Below the pieces are notes generated by a model. That model was not told the origin of the DNA. It searched no databases and was given only the letters and a program-made list of their open reading frames with translations. The translations under genes were made by a program, and so were the position numbers. This document shows positions 25,956 to 39,548 of a stretch of DNA of 64,000 bases, in pieces; within the stretch, counting starts at the first letter, position 1, and the number at the start of each line of letters is the position of its first letter. Source of the DNA: Octopus vulgaris (taxonomy: Eukaryota); the NCBI GenBank assembly GCA_951406725.2, contig OX597822.1, forward strand, positions 16,740,001 to 16,804,000, given 5' to 3'.

Positions 25956-27707
25956 GAATATACACAGATACATATAGCATTATGCATAAAATAGCATTTG
26001 TACATAGTTGTAGAACAAATACGTTTATATATTTACTAAAATATTTACAATTGTACCACATATAATACGTTTACACACACACACACTCACGCACACGCAC
26101 ACACACACACACCATACAAAGAGAACTGGGTGGCTTCCACTCATACAATAACATGGCTCCAATAACTTGACTGAAATACGATTTGCTGATAAATTATATT
26201 CACCAGAGTGTTTACAGAATTATAAAATTGGAAATAAATTCCACTTGTGTTCCTGACTTTTAACATTATTCAGGAAAAAAACTAGCTTATTAACTTATAC
26301 AAAATACGCTTGTTATGTATTTCTCCAAATATTTATTTGCAAATAGCAGCAAAACTTTCAGTTGCTTGCAATGAGCATTTAAGTAGAGAAGGTTGTCTTA
26401 CCAATTTATCGCGTTAGGCAGACCCTAGAAACGTCCATTGATATCGAAAGAGAAAAATTCAATTTCCCACGACTCTTTCAGGAATATTTTAGTTAAGGTA
26501 GAACACCAGAGAAATGGCTGTGTGTGTGTAAGAAAAATAAATACAATGAATAAAAGGAGAGAGACTAACGCAAAGAGAGAATGGAAAAGAGAGAAAACTC
26601 AAAACGGTTGCTGTGGTAGTAATAATATTCTATATAAAATTAGATTTTATTTCTATATTTAGAAAAGTTGAAAAAGGTTATGGCACAGGTAGCATTTTAG
26701 CGAAAATTTAACATGCACGTTAGAAAAACTATAAAGCAAATTATAACAGCGTAAGTATACATAATGCTAAGTATAGATTTTGAACAAGACTCTTGTGGTT
26801 AAATATAGTCAGAAGAGCTACTACCACCGTTATGAAACAGCAACAGGTTCGTTTCTGGCTATTTTAGACTAGAAAGCATTAATGATAAAACATATATGAA
26901 AATAATGAATAAACTTACAATTAATTAATAATGAGTACCCTACCTGTTGCTAAGTTGTAGCATGTAGTCTGCTTAAAGGTTTGGTTAAAAATATCAAGGA
27001 ACCCGAAGATCTATTACAGTCAAATATCCAAATATTGATGCCAGGAATAATTTATACATTCTTAATACTAAAACCTCTTCTAGATTGATTATTGAATTTT
27101 TCGATGAATGCTTTGTTGCTCAGCTGCCCGTTTACTGGAAGGTTAATTATTGGTTTCGTAGTCGAAATCGTGTTCTTTGCAACAGATATGTAAGACCATT
27201 CCAAGGAAATAATCTCCAATCTGCTAATTAAGAAAGGTATTCAACAACATAGAATTTGACATCCATCTCATAAAAATAAAACATAAGAATTTACATTAAC
27301 GAATATTATTACAAGTCTATCGAAGCTTCCATTGTAATGTGTTTGTTAAGTAATGAAACGAATAACATGTGCAGAACATGCAAATTCTGATTTGAATAAT
27401 AAGATATAACACAACCAATCGAAACTATTGATCACTTTCGATTTGTTGCGGATAAAAGTTACTGCTTATAGTTTTTGATTTAAGTAAATGACAGCAATTT
27501 CAGTTGAGATATTATTTGATTAAATTGGCCCCAGCACTTGATTGGTTTTTATTTTATCGACTACGGAAGAAAGAACAGCAAGTTCACCTCGGCAAAATTG
27601 AAATCCGGACTTCAAAATTTGAAACAAACGCCACAAAACATTGTGTCCAACGCTAAAATGATTTTACCGAGACACATCACTGATAAAACTTGTAAGTAAT
27701 AATATTT

Positions 27708-27803
27708 CGGACGAGGGCTGCAGGGTATATCAGCTTAAATGTTGTGTTAACAACAAACAAGATGAGGACAAATATCCGTCAAATGAAAATAATGTAAATA
27801 ATG
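27708..27803 (+). mobile_element. Decayed copy of the 14001-14145 hammerhead-bearing repeat
   Basis: CGGACGA-gGGCTG..CAGCT-TAAA-tgTTgtgt followed by AACAACAAACAAGATGAGGACAAATATCCGTCAAATG, identical to about 14057-14093; core mutated. Confidence 0.8.
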
Positions 27804-27861
27804 ACTATTTCGGATGTCTACGGAAACCAGTTCTTACAAGCAAAATATTTGGCAGAATACT

Positions 27862-28111
27862 CTCTTTTACTCTTTTACTTGTTTCAGTCATTTCACTGTG
27901 GCCATGGTGGAGCACCGCCTTTTAGTCGAGCAAATCGGCCCCAGGACTTATTCTTTGTAAGCCTAGTATTTATTCTATCGGTCTCTTTTGCCGAACTGCT
28001 ATGTTACGAGGACGTAAACACACCAGCATCGGTTGTCAAGCGATGTTGGGGGGATAAACACAGACACAGAAACATATATACGTACACACACACAAACACG
28101 CAAACACATAT

Positions 28112-28184
<73 letters not shown>

Positions 28185-28373
28185 CCGAATATATATATAT
28201 ACATATATACGACGGGCTTCTTTCAGTTTCCGTCTACCAAATCCACTCACAAGGTTTGGGTCGGCCCGAGGCTATAGTAGCAGACACTTGCCCAAGGTGC
28301 CATACATTGGGACTGAACCCGGAATCATGTAATTCGTAAGAAAAGCCACTTACCACACAGCCACTCCTACGCC
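27862..28373 (-). mobile_element. Full-length long tRNA-derived SINE with internal (TA)/(TG) microsatellite
   Basis: Reverse complement aligns end to end with 55348-55762; (GTAAAAGA)n tail. Confidence 0.9.
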
Positions 28374-28518
28374 TATAACGTGCTGGGGATTGTGAAATAA
28401 CCCTTCATTCATTTATTTTTAAGTTTTCAATGGCACAGACAGACAGACAGACAGACAGACAGACGGACGGTTGGACGGACGTTCGGACGGACGGACGGAG
28501 AGACAGAGAGAGAGAGAC

Positions 28519-28555
<37 letters not shown>

Positions 28556-29561
28556 TAGATAGATAGATAGGTAGATAGATACATACATACATACATACAT
28601 ACATACATACATACATACATACATACATACATACATACATACATACATACATACATAGATCCATTCCTCCAAGAAATTGTTACATAACTATCCAAGTGAC
28701 TGGTATTTTTTATTTAGTCTCACAAAATAAAATACCAGTTAATGACTCATTAGACTCTCTGATTTGTTTCATTTAAACCAAGAAGATTTATAACTAATGA
28801 AACCATTAATGTCTAAAACGTTTAAGACGTGGCCTCTTAATTTGTGCGCCATTAACATAACAGTTGGAGAGGTTGTAAAAGCAATGATGCCGTGTCGAGT
28901 TATCTTCCGATATTTCAGTAGTTCAGTCTCTGAGACTCATAACTCGAAAATGGCCGTTTAGGTTGTTCCATATTCGGGTAACTTTGGAGGAATGCGGATT
29001 TTTAGATTAGAGACACAAGGAAATTAATGTTTTGTATGATTTGTTAGGGTGTAGTAGAGCTGCGTTCGAGTCTTTTGTTAGTCATTAAGTTATGTAATTT
29101 AATGAGTTAATAAATGCTAATTAATTAAAAGTACATCCATGTGAAGAGAAATAAATGATCAACTAGCTTAGTGGTAATTCTGGTCAAGAAAAGCAAGGGA
29201 GATAATTTCCCAATATTTAATCCCATTAAAATTCATTAATGCTCAAGTGTTGGCATGTAATGGGGAATAGGTCCATTTTGAAATATGAAAACTTACACAC
29301 ACATACTGGATCGGGTCTCCAATGAAGTGGCAAAGACCTAATGGATTTTGAGAGTCTTTATACTTCTATTGATATGTAAAGATAGCCAGGTCGACATATA
29401 TGCCGGATTGTTGATTAAATACATATTACGACGGCTATTTCTATTTTTTTTCTGAACTTTACAGAAGTTCCTGCCGGTAATCGGCTATATTTACATACCG
29501 AATTCTACCAGTAAATAATTGGGGTTTTTTTAAAAGCCTTTATAGAAATTTACTTTATCTT

Positions 29562-29598
<37 letters not shown>

Positions 29599-29899
29599 TA
29601 TACGACGGGCTTCTTTCAGTTTCCGTCTACCAAATCCACTCACAAGGTTTTGGTCGGCCCGAGGCTATAGTAGCAGACACTTGCCCAAGGTGCCATACAT
29701 TGGGACTGAACCCGGAATCACGTAATTCGTAAGAAAAGCCACTTACCACACAGCCACTCCTGCGCCTATAACGTGCTGGGGATTGTGAAATAACCCTTCA
29801 TTCATTTATTTTTAAGTTTTCAATGGCACAGACAGACAGACAGACGGACGGTCGGACGGACGTTCGGACGGACGGACGGAGAGACAGAGAGAGAGAGAC

Positions 29900-29932
<33 letters not shown>

Positions 29933-29944
29933 TAGATAGATAGG

Positions 29945-29990
<46 letters not shown>

Positions 29991-30835
29991 CATACATACA
30001 TACATACATACATACATACATACATACATACATACATACATACATACATACATACATACCTACATACATACATACATCCATTCCTCCAAGAAATTGTTAC
30101 ATAACTATCCAAGTGACTGGTATTTTTTATTTAGTCTCACAAAATAAAATACCAGTTAATGACTCATTAGACTCTCTGATTTGTTTCATTTAAACCAAGA
30201 AGATTTATAACTAATGAAACCATTAATGTCTAAAACGTTTAAGACGTGGCCTCTTAATTTGTGCGCCATTAACATAACAGTTGGAGAGGTTGTAAAAGCA
30301 ATGATGCCGTGTTGAGTTAACTTCCGATATTTCAGTAGTTCAGTCTCTGAGACTCATAACTCGAAAATGGCCGTTTAGGTTGTTCCATATTCGGGTAACT
30401 TTGGAGGAATGCGGATTTTTAGATTAGAGACACAAGGAAATTAAAGTTTTGTATGATTTGTTAGGGTGTAGTAGAGCTGCGTTTGAGTCTTTTGTTAGTC
30501 ATTAAGTTATGTAATTTAATGTGTTAATAAATGCTAATTAATTAAAAGTACATCCATGTGAAGAGAAATAAATGATCAACTAGCTTAGTGGTAATTCTGG
30601 TCAAGAAAAGCAAGGGAGATAATTTCCCAATATTTAATCCCATTAAAATTCATTAATGCTCAAGTGTTGGCATGTAATGGGGAATAGGTCCATTTTGAAA
30701 TATGAAAACTTACACACACATACTGGATCGGGTCTCCAATGAAGTGGCAAAGACCTAATGGATTTTGAGAGTCTTTATACTTCTATTGACTGTTAAAGAT
30801 AGCCAGGTCGACAAAATGCCGGATTGTTGATTAAA
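28207..30835. repeat. Near-identical tandem duplication of ~1.2 kb (28207-29419 and 29600-30835)
   Basis: SINE head, microsatellite block and ~750 bp of unique sequence are repeated with few substitutions; microsatellite lengths differ. Confidence 0.95.
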
Positions 30836-31057
30836 GTGACGACGGTTTACTTCGGAACACTGGCATTACACTTCAGCTTCAAGATTTTCGTCAACATAAC
30901 TGAAAATAAGTAATTTGAAGTCACAGAGGGAGCACTGGATAATTGACGAATACTTAGAGGAAGCAAGTTTTTACCTACATCTTTGGACAAAATAACTCCG
31001 GTACTCTCTGTTACCATCACTACATATTCTTTTCAGTACATTATTATTAGTTCGTCC

Positions 31058-31797
31058 ATCGTTGTCGGTTATGACCAAGGACATCACACGTTGCGAAGAA
31101 GACGGGGAACGGTGTGTCCAGCTGTGGCGAATCAGTCTCCGATGCGTGCTTGGAAGACTCTGCCACAGTTCGGGTACCGGTGGTCTGTTGGGACAAAAGG
31201 CAAGCAGCTGGCTCTGGACTTGGGTAGTTAGTGTTTTCTTTGTACCCTGAAATTCTGTTCAGTTCGTAAGAGGTGGTACCTCAGTTAGTGTAGCTTCACC
31301 AGGAAGGACAGTTTGTGATTGCGTTTCTCATGTGTCTGGGTTGATCTCAAAGCTCTTCAGTGAGGCTTTGGGTGTGTCCTTCAAGCGCTTTTTCTATTTA
31401 CCTAGCGTGCGCTTACCTTCTGCCAGTTCGCTGTAAGAAAAAGTCTCTTGGGGAGTCCCGTGTCAGTTATTCAAGCCAGCTGGTCCTGTCCACCTAACTA
31501 GCGCTCTCCTCAGCAGTGTGTAAATGTTTGACAGATCAGCTCGAGAGAGGACCTCCGTGTCTGGAACCTTGTCCAGCCAAATGCTTTTCAACAGCTTCCT
31601 CAGGCTTTTCATGTGGAATTGATTTAGCTTTTTGGCGTGACATTCATAAACCGTCCACGTCACGAAGGTGTACCGTAGCATGGGCTGTACATCTGCTTGG
31701 TACACCTTCAACTAGGTGACCAGCCTAATACCTCTTCTCTCCCATACTGATTCACGTAGCTGCCCGAATGCTGAGCATCCCTTGACGATGCGCATCA
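31058..31797 (-). mobile_element. Decayed RTE LINE 3' portion
   Basis: SAFGQLRESVWERRGI, LKVYQA, WLDKVPDTEVL and VRWTG; related to 45317-47228. Confidence 0.85.
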
Positions 31798-32835
31798 TTT
31801 TATATTGATTCACACATCTGTGCAATTTCATTATTGGAATTCTAACAGTTTAACTGTAGTTTTTTGCTTTGAAATACAAGAGTGAAAATCTTCTAGAAAA
31901 TAACGATTGCCATAAAATATATTGATTATCTTTACAAAGTAAAAGAAATTAAAGTATTTCATTTTTCGTTTTCAACTTGGGAGGCACGTTTATGTTACAT
32001 CCTTTACATATACTTACATATACTTTCGCTAACTTTTTTGAACAAACAAATTGAAGACAATTTAATTTAGTAATGCAGCGTTCAATTTTGATGTTTATAA
32101 AACAATACTATCTACAAATGTTATTGTGAGGCCTAAATCCATGCGTTTATATCACACATGAAATTGTTGCGCGTCTTGCTGAAACACTCGTCAGTAAATT
32201 TTCAAGTAGACGCACATTTTGGTCCAATCAATCGCTTAAATAATCATAACCCCTTTTTGCACCCATTTTTTACGCTCTTTGATGCTCAACAAGCCTGTAA
32301 TATCATACACATTCCTTTATACATTTATCGAGCTATCATTTTATTCTTTTATCCTTTTACTTGCCACAGTCATTAGAGTGCGGCCATTCTGGAGCACCGG
32401 CTTGGAGTATTTTAACCGAACGAATTGACCTTAGTACTAAGCCTATCGATCTCTTTTTGTCGAACCGCTAACTTATGGGGACATAAGCACACAAACACCG
32501 GTGTAACGTGACGAAAACGGACAACAGACACATATATGTATATATATATATATATACACCACTTAAAAGGATGTGAGCATCCAAGTTCCCCGGTTTTATC
32601 CAGTGTATCGGTGAAGTGTATTGAACTATCTTCAAATGCTTCTTAGTTTCATTTTGTTATTAGAATTAATAGAGAATGGAAACAATTGTAGGTTGTAAGA
32701 AGTTGAGATTATTTGTAATTGGGTTTCTGTTAATAAATTGATGTCTATATGCCGCACACACGCACACGCGCGCGCACACGCACACGCGCGCGCGCACACA
32801 CATACATACATACATACATACATACATACATACAC

Positions 32836-32869
<34 letters not shown>

Positions 32870-32875
32870 GTATGA

Positions 32876-32924
<49 letters not shown>

Positions 32925-32957
32925 TATATATATTCATATATATATGTATATTCAAAA

Positions 32958-33162
32958 TGTGACCGCGTGTGTACCGTTGGCGATTTTTTTTCCCTCCGTC
33001 TTCCCTTCTCTAGTTCTTTCCTTTTCCTATGTTTCTGACGAAAAGCTCCGCTCGAAACGTAAAACCCTCCTTCTTCCTTCCCTTCCTGAGCATCCAATAA
33101 CACTATACTTGTTCCACGTCCTCGCGTTGTTGTGTTTTTTTTGTGCTTTCATGTTTGGATTA

Positions 33163-33165
<3 letters not shown>
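32958..33165 (+). mobile_element. Short hammerhead-bearing element flanked by (TA)n
   Basis: Bounded by TA repeats; its last ~70 bp recur at 54520-54588 (+) and 55222-55290 (-). Confidence 0.75.
33031..33065 (+). ncRNA. Minimal type I hammerhead ribozyme motif
   Basis: GTTT-CTGACGA-aa-AGC-tcc-GCT-c-GAAA-cg-TA-AAAC, with 4-bp stem I and GUA site; the stem II closing G-C appears mutated to A-C. Confidence 0.75.
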
Positions 33166-33214
<49 letters not shown>

Positions 33215-33481
33215 TGCACACACATTGAATATGCATATTCACGGCAGCTTTCTTTCAGTTTAAGTTTATGAAATCCACTCCCAAGTCTTTGGTCGGCCCG
33301 AGGCTACAGTAGAGGACATTTGCCCAAGGTGCCAAGCAGTGGGACTGAAACCGGAACCATGTGGTTGGGAAACAAACTACCTACCACACAGCTATAAGAC
33401 ATGAAAGCATTTTAAAGCAGAAGTGAGATACATTAGGCACGTTTTGTACATTTCTCATGAAACAATTTCCTTTTTCGATTA

Positions 33482-33850
33482 AGGAGGCGAGCTGGCAGAA
33501 ACGTTAGCACGCCGGGCGAAATACTTAGCAGTATTTCGTCTGTTTTTCACGTTTCGAGTTTGCCTTTCATCTTTTCGGGGTCGATAAATTAAGTACCAGT
33601 TACGTACTGGAGTCGATGTAATCAACTTAAACTCTTTGTCTGTCCTTGTTTAGCCCCTTGTGGGCAATAAAGAAATAAGAAACGTTAGCACGCTGGGCGA
33701 AATGCTTTACGTTCTGAGTTCAAATTCCACCGAGGTGGACTTTGCCTTTCGGGGTCGATAAATTAAGTATCAGTTTCGTACTGGGGTCGATCTAATCCAC
33801 TGACCCAACTGTTCAAAAATTTCAGGCCTTGAGCCTAGAGTAGAAAAGAA
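33482..33850 (+). mobile_element. Dimeric Meta-domain-like SINE
   Basis: Same head/core/linker/core layout as 11675-12068. Confidence 0.85.
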
Positions 33851-33919
33851 TTTCCTTCTTCAAAACCTGAAGACAAACAAAATCTGGCAGGGGTATTAAT
33901 TTGATCATTTGTGCTGACA

Positions 33920-34350
33920 GGCAGGGCTTGTGGTTTAGAACCACGTTGTTTCGGGTTCAGTTCCACTGCGCAGCACCTTCGGTGTCTTCTACAAGGGCCT
34001 CGGGCCAACTAATGCTTTGTGAATGTATTTTGTTAATGCAAACTCTCTGAAAAACCGTCGTATATACACACACACGCGCACACACACACACACACATATG
34101 TGCATATTCATGTGTATGTGTGTATGCGTGAATGTCTTTCTGTTTGTATTTGCCCCTCCATTGCTTAAAAACCGGTGTTGGATTGTTTCCGTCCCTGTAA
34201 CCTAACGATTTGAGAAAGACGAACGATAGAGTAAGTACAAAACATTAAAAAACAATAACCACTGGGGTCGATTTGTGCGACTAAGCCCTACAAGGTGGTG
34301 CCCCAGCATGGCCACAATCCAATGACTGAAGCGAGTAAATGATAAGAGAT
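33920..34350 (+). mobile_element. Diverged long SINE with internal microsatellite
   Basis: TCGGGTTCAGTTCCACTGCG head and GGTGCCCCAGCATGGCCACA.TC.AATGACTGAA tail, as in the 55348 family. Confidence 0.75.
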
Positions 34351-35021
34351 ACAAAGATATCAGTTCTAAAGCCCTGCTGAAACTCGGTCGTTCAGACGCC
34401 GAATTGCACACTCAGCCTTGTACAATGTGACTAACGGCTTTACATCAAGAATTTGAAATTTCTCAAAAGATATTCCGCAGGGATCAGTCTTTTTATCCAT
34501 TCTTCCCAAATCTACAACAATAGCTAGCAGAAACTTTAGCACGCTGGACGAAATACTTAGCGGTTTTTTTTCGTCTGTTCAAATTCCGCCGAGGTCGACT
34601 TTGCCTTTCATCTTTTCATGTCAATAAATTAAGTACCAGTTACGTACTGGGTCGATTTGATCGACAGGCTCCCTCTCTAAAAATTTCGTAGAAAAGAATA
34701 TTTTCGCATCTTTGCAAAGCATTGACATAGCGCCATATATTTAAAACATCAGCCTCTCATCTCTTTTCCTGACACAGCAACGCTATCAATTACTTCCCTG
34801 CATCAACCATATTTAAAACAGCGCCGAGCAGAATTTTAGTTGACCTAATCGAACCTAGTACCAATATAGTCTTTTAAACATGGTATTTATTCTATCAGTA
34901 TCTTTTGCCGAACCGCTAAGTTATGGGGTCGTATACACACCAGCACCCGTTGTGAAGCAGTGATGGAGATAAGCACAGACACAAAGACATGCGCACGCAC
35001 GCGCGCACACACAAACGCGTG

Positions 35022-35071
<50 letters not shown>

Positions 35072-35148
35072 ACAACACCATAACAACGTTTGCAACACGT
35101 TTAGAATCATACACAAAGCAAACTGAGAAACAATGATATATCAAACAC

Positions 35149-35215
<67 letters not shown>

Positions 35216-35814
35216 ATATTTGGCCGACAAGAAGAAATAAGAAAAATGTATAAACAATCCCTTTAGATTCATTATGGATGAAGCTAGTCCTGCATGGCTC
35301 CAAGTACACCCACCACTGACTACAAAATACTACAAAGACCACGTAACAGAAATGTAAATGTATTTGTAAAAGGTTTTGTAAATCAATATGACGCTCAATA
35401 ATTCTGTAATATCAAACATTATCCTTTATCAAAGCGTTAACAACAGTTTCCGGTCATATATTGACTTTAACGTGCACGGCTTATAGAGAAAACAAAGGCA
35501 TTGATGGAGTCGGAAACATTTCAGGCTGCACACAGACCGTTCTTGTAGATCAGATACAAAATTAAACAAAACGCTACAAACGGGTGGCTACCTGGATATA
35601 TGTGAGATGTACAGTTATCGCTGCAGCAGTCTCTGACTTCACTGTCCTTGTCGCTACATGATGTGCTTACAGAATCACTCCTCAACGCCCAAGCACAGCT
35701 TCGACTATTCCATAAACGTAAGAAACTCGAGCGAACACTAAGAACAGCCTAAACAGCCTAAAGTTAATCCTAAACTCAATGCTGAGATGCCTGCCACCAT
35801 TGAGATAACTGTGA

Positions 35815-36020
35815 GAGCACGTGGATTAGCGGTTAAGGTATTCGGCTCACGTTCCTAAGGTTGTCAGTTCGATTCCTGGCGGAGCAGGAATAGCACTTAT
35901 ATTGTGTCTTTGAGCAACACACTTTATTTCCCGTTGCTCCAGTCCACTCAGCTGGCAAAAATAAGCTGTACCTGTGGTTCAAAGGCCCAACTTATCACAT
36001 TCCATGCCACGCTGAATTTC
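35815..36020 (+). mobile_element. tRNA-derived SINE (1351 family)
   Basis: GTTCGATTCC B box and ACACTTTATTTC.CGTTGCTCCAGTCCACTCAGCTGGCAAAAAT body. Confidence 0.8.
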
Positions 36021-36547
36021 CTCAAGGCAACTAACTGAATCTACAAGCGTAAAAGGAAGCCAGAAACAGTAGTCAAATCATCTGAAATTGATACATCCTA
36101 CCTTCTTTAAAAAGAAGGAAGACACATGAGACAGTATAATCGTGTATATGCATAAACACGGGATGGGCAACAACAGGAGTGACGTCAAAGACACAATGGA
36201 CTACACCTTGGTGCCACAGTTCTGTTCATTTATAACGGAACAGATATTCGATTTTGAGTTAAGATATTTTACTTTCATTAAAACGACAGCCGTAGTGACA
36301 AGCAAAAATTCGCGTCAAAAAGGTACGAATATGCAATGAGGAGTGAGTCTGATCCTTGGCATTAGGGTGCAAGTCCGGACATGTTTCCATACGATTACTT
36401 CTCATTTACTTATCAATTCTTTGAATTACTGGATATATTTAGTGAATTGGCGCTAAGCGGCGGCGTGTGTAAGCTAAAACGACAATTCAGTTTCGAATTG
36501 TGGCACTTGCCATTTCATAAATGCCCTTAATAATTAGGAGAAACGTG

Positions 36548-36755
36548 TGAGGCGGTGAGCTGGCAGATTCGCTAACACGCCGGGCAAGATACTTAGCGGC
36601 ATTTGTCTGTCTTCAAATTCCGCTGAGGTTGACTTTGTCTTGCATCTTTTTGGGATCGTCGATAAAATAAGGACCAGTTGAGCAGTGGGGGGCGATGTAA
36701 TTTACTTATTCCTCCCCCGTTATTGCTGGCCTTGTGCCAGAATCTGAAGCCAATA
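36548..36755 (+). mobile_element. Meta-domain-like SINE
   Basis: GGCGGTGAGCTGGCAGA head plus the shared core. Confidence 0.8.
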
Positions 36756-37136
36756 ATAATCAGAGCTAAAACATTGTTGAAGTTAATTATTCCATTAAAA
36801 AGACAGAAAATTTGCGGGTAAATTTCTTCAATGAATCGCAATGATATTATGCCATTTTGTAATATGGAAGGCGCTACTGGCCATAATTTCAACAGATTGA
36901 AAGTCGTGACAGAAACAAATGCATTTTATAAATGTATTTAGATATTTACTGTGTAACAGATATTTACTTTTCACTCGATGCTGTTGATAATGTTGGATAA
37001 AATGGAATCATGTACTTTGTGACAAGTTTAACATTTCTCGTCACCACTAAACCATTTTTCTCTACTATCAGTAAATATATATTTTTAAAAAACCATTCGA
37101 CTTTTAAACAACAAAAGATCTCTGAGTTTCCTAGCA

Positions 37137-37151
37137 TATTATTATTATTAA

Positions 37152-37206
<55 letters not shown>

Positions 37207-37259
37207 TACTACTACTACTACTATTATTATTGTTATTATTATTATTACTATTATTATTA

Positions 37260-37299
<40 letters not shown>

Positions 37300-37367
37300 T
37301 ACTACTACTACTACTACTACTATTATTATTGTTATTATTATTATTATTACTATTATTATTATTGTCA

Positions 37368-37401
<34 letters not shown>

Positions 37402-37506
37402 TACTACTACTACTACTACTACTACTATTATTATTGTTATTATTATTACTATTATTATTATTGTTATTGTTATTATTATTATTGTTATTATTATTATTAT
37501 TATTAT

Positions 37507-37544
<38 letters not shown>

Positions 37545-37601
37545 TTATTATTGTTATTATTATTATTACTATTATTATTATTGTTATTGTTATTATTATT
37601 A

Positions 37602-37641
<40 letters not shown>

Positions 37642-37716
37642 TACTACTACTACTACTATTATTATTGTTATTATTATTACTACTATTATTATTGTTATTA
37701 TTATTATTATTATTAT

Positions 37717-37751
<35 letters not shown>

Positions 37752-37799
37752 TTATTATTGTTATTATTATTATTACTATTATTATTACTGTTATTGTTA

Positions 37800-37843
<44 letters not shown>

Positions 37844-37845
37844 TA
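37137..37845. repeat. Long compound (TTA)n/(CTA)n/(TTG) array with higher-order repetition
   Basis: About 700 bp of triplets in recurring blocks. Confidence 0.95.
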
Positions 37846-38152
37846 TTGCATATATTTTCATATCTTTTCATTTGTTCGATCGATCGTTGTTTCCCCCCCC
37901 CCCCTTTTTCCTCCCCCCTCTTTATTCCTTCTTCAACCACCAACCGTTTATTTAATCTTTTCCTTTTGTTAACATCTCATATTTCACTAGACGCTTGCAG
38001 GTTACTTTCTCTCCCCGACTCTGCATTATCTTCGTCTGTTTGCCCGTTCTTTAAAATAGGTGTACAGCTCTACATTTAGTTTGCAAATATTAGCCTGAAG
38101 CGTCATGATATTATTATTGTTCTTGTTGTTTTCATTATCATCATCATCATCA

Positions 38153-38206
<54 letters not shown>

Positions 38207-39439
38207 GGAAGGAGAAAAAGATTTTTGTTATTATCTATTACTAGCAGTAGTATTTATTCGTTGCACTATTAGTAGTAGTTTGCATCAGGTTGTTATTGTT
38301 GTTGTTAGGAATTATAATGGCTAAAGTGAAAATCGAAATATCGTATTTGTCATTCTCTCTTTCCCCCCCCTCTCTCTCTCTCTCTCTCTCTCACTCACTC
38401 GCTGCGCTTCTTTCTCCTCCACTTTTTTCCTTTCTGTCGCTAATTTTCACCACACTTCATGACTCTCTTTTCTTTTCTTTTTTTTCTTTTTTCTTTTACA
38501 GTTCGAAATATCTTGTATTGTAAAGACAACTTTTCATAAAAACATATTCAGATTGAATGGAACGTGTGGCCTCTGGAAACATGTTTCTTCCTCTCAAATC
38601 ACACTTACAGTATATTCTTAGAAAATCCTTGAAAGACACTTTCTGCTACAAGACAGAAACAAATCTTATTCGCACACCAACAGACAGACAGCTACATCTA
38701 CATAGAAAAGCAAACATATATACGCATATATACTCATAGATACACACAAACACACACATGTATGTATATATATATATAATACATATATAGTATGTGGGTG
38801 CATGTGGCTATGTATCTTTACGTATCTATGTCTGCATATATATACATGTTTGTAAGTATATACACATGTATATATACGTATCCATACAATTACACATAGA
38901 CACATATATACATACATAACTACATAACTACATATACATAAACGTATATATATATGTATATGTGTGTGTATATATATATATGTAATCATTACGCACATTT
39001 GCACATATTGATATACACGCTTATACACACACACAAAGCTGTGTATATTTCGATGTCTAACAATTTTTCCCGCCTCTAATTTCCCTCAGATTCCTGACAA
39101 ACAAATGAAAGATGGCGATGATGTGACGATGCAATGTAGCTATCATTAATTGAATGCGTGCTTCAAGATGGACAAGACACAAGTTTCCATTTGATTTAAA
39201 GGAAACACAGGTGTACTTAAACTCCTGGACCTTCTGCTTTATTCCCACTCATATTTCATTACTGTTCTCCTTTGATAGATATATCTTTCGCTAAAGAAAT
39301 AAATTTTATTTATATCACCACTAAAACTGCTGTTGTATCTGTATAAAATCTTACTTTTACCGTTTTATCTGAGATTGGCTTTGCTTCTCTTTAATACTTT
39401 TTTCATACATTCAATCTAAACTTACAAAGGTTTTTTTTC

Positions 39440-39548
39440 CTCTTCTTCTTCTTCTTCTTCTTCTTCTTCTTCTTCTTCTTCTTCTTCTTCTTCTTCTTCT
39501 TCTTCTTCTTCTTCTTCTTCTTCTTCTTCTTCTTCTTCTTCTTCTTCT
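39440..39548. repeat. (TTC)n microsatellite
   Basis: Pure run. Confidence 0.95.

Noticed and set aside
28698-28741. Hairpin GACTGGTATTTT..AAAATACCAGTT as a microRNA precursor
   Set aside because: Too short and AT-rich; no further support from sequence alone.
39057-39210. Branch-point/polypyrimidine/AG followed by IPDKQMKDGDDVTMQCSYH, vaguely Ig-like
   Set aside because: In-frame stop after 19 codons and no strong donor before it; cannot be supported without RNA data.
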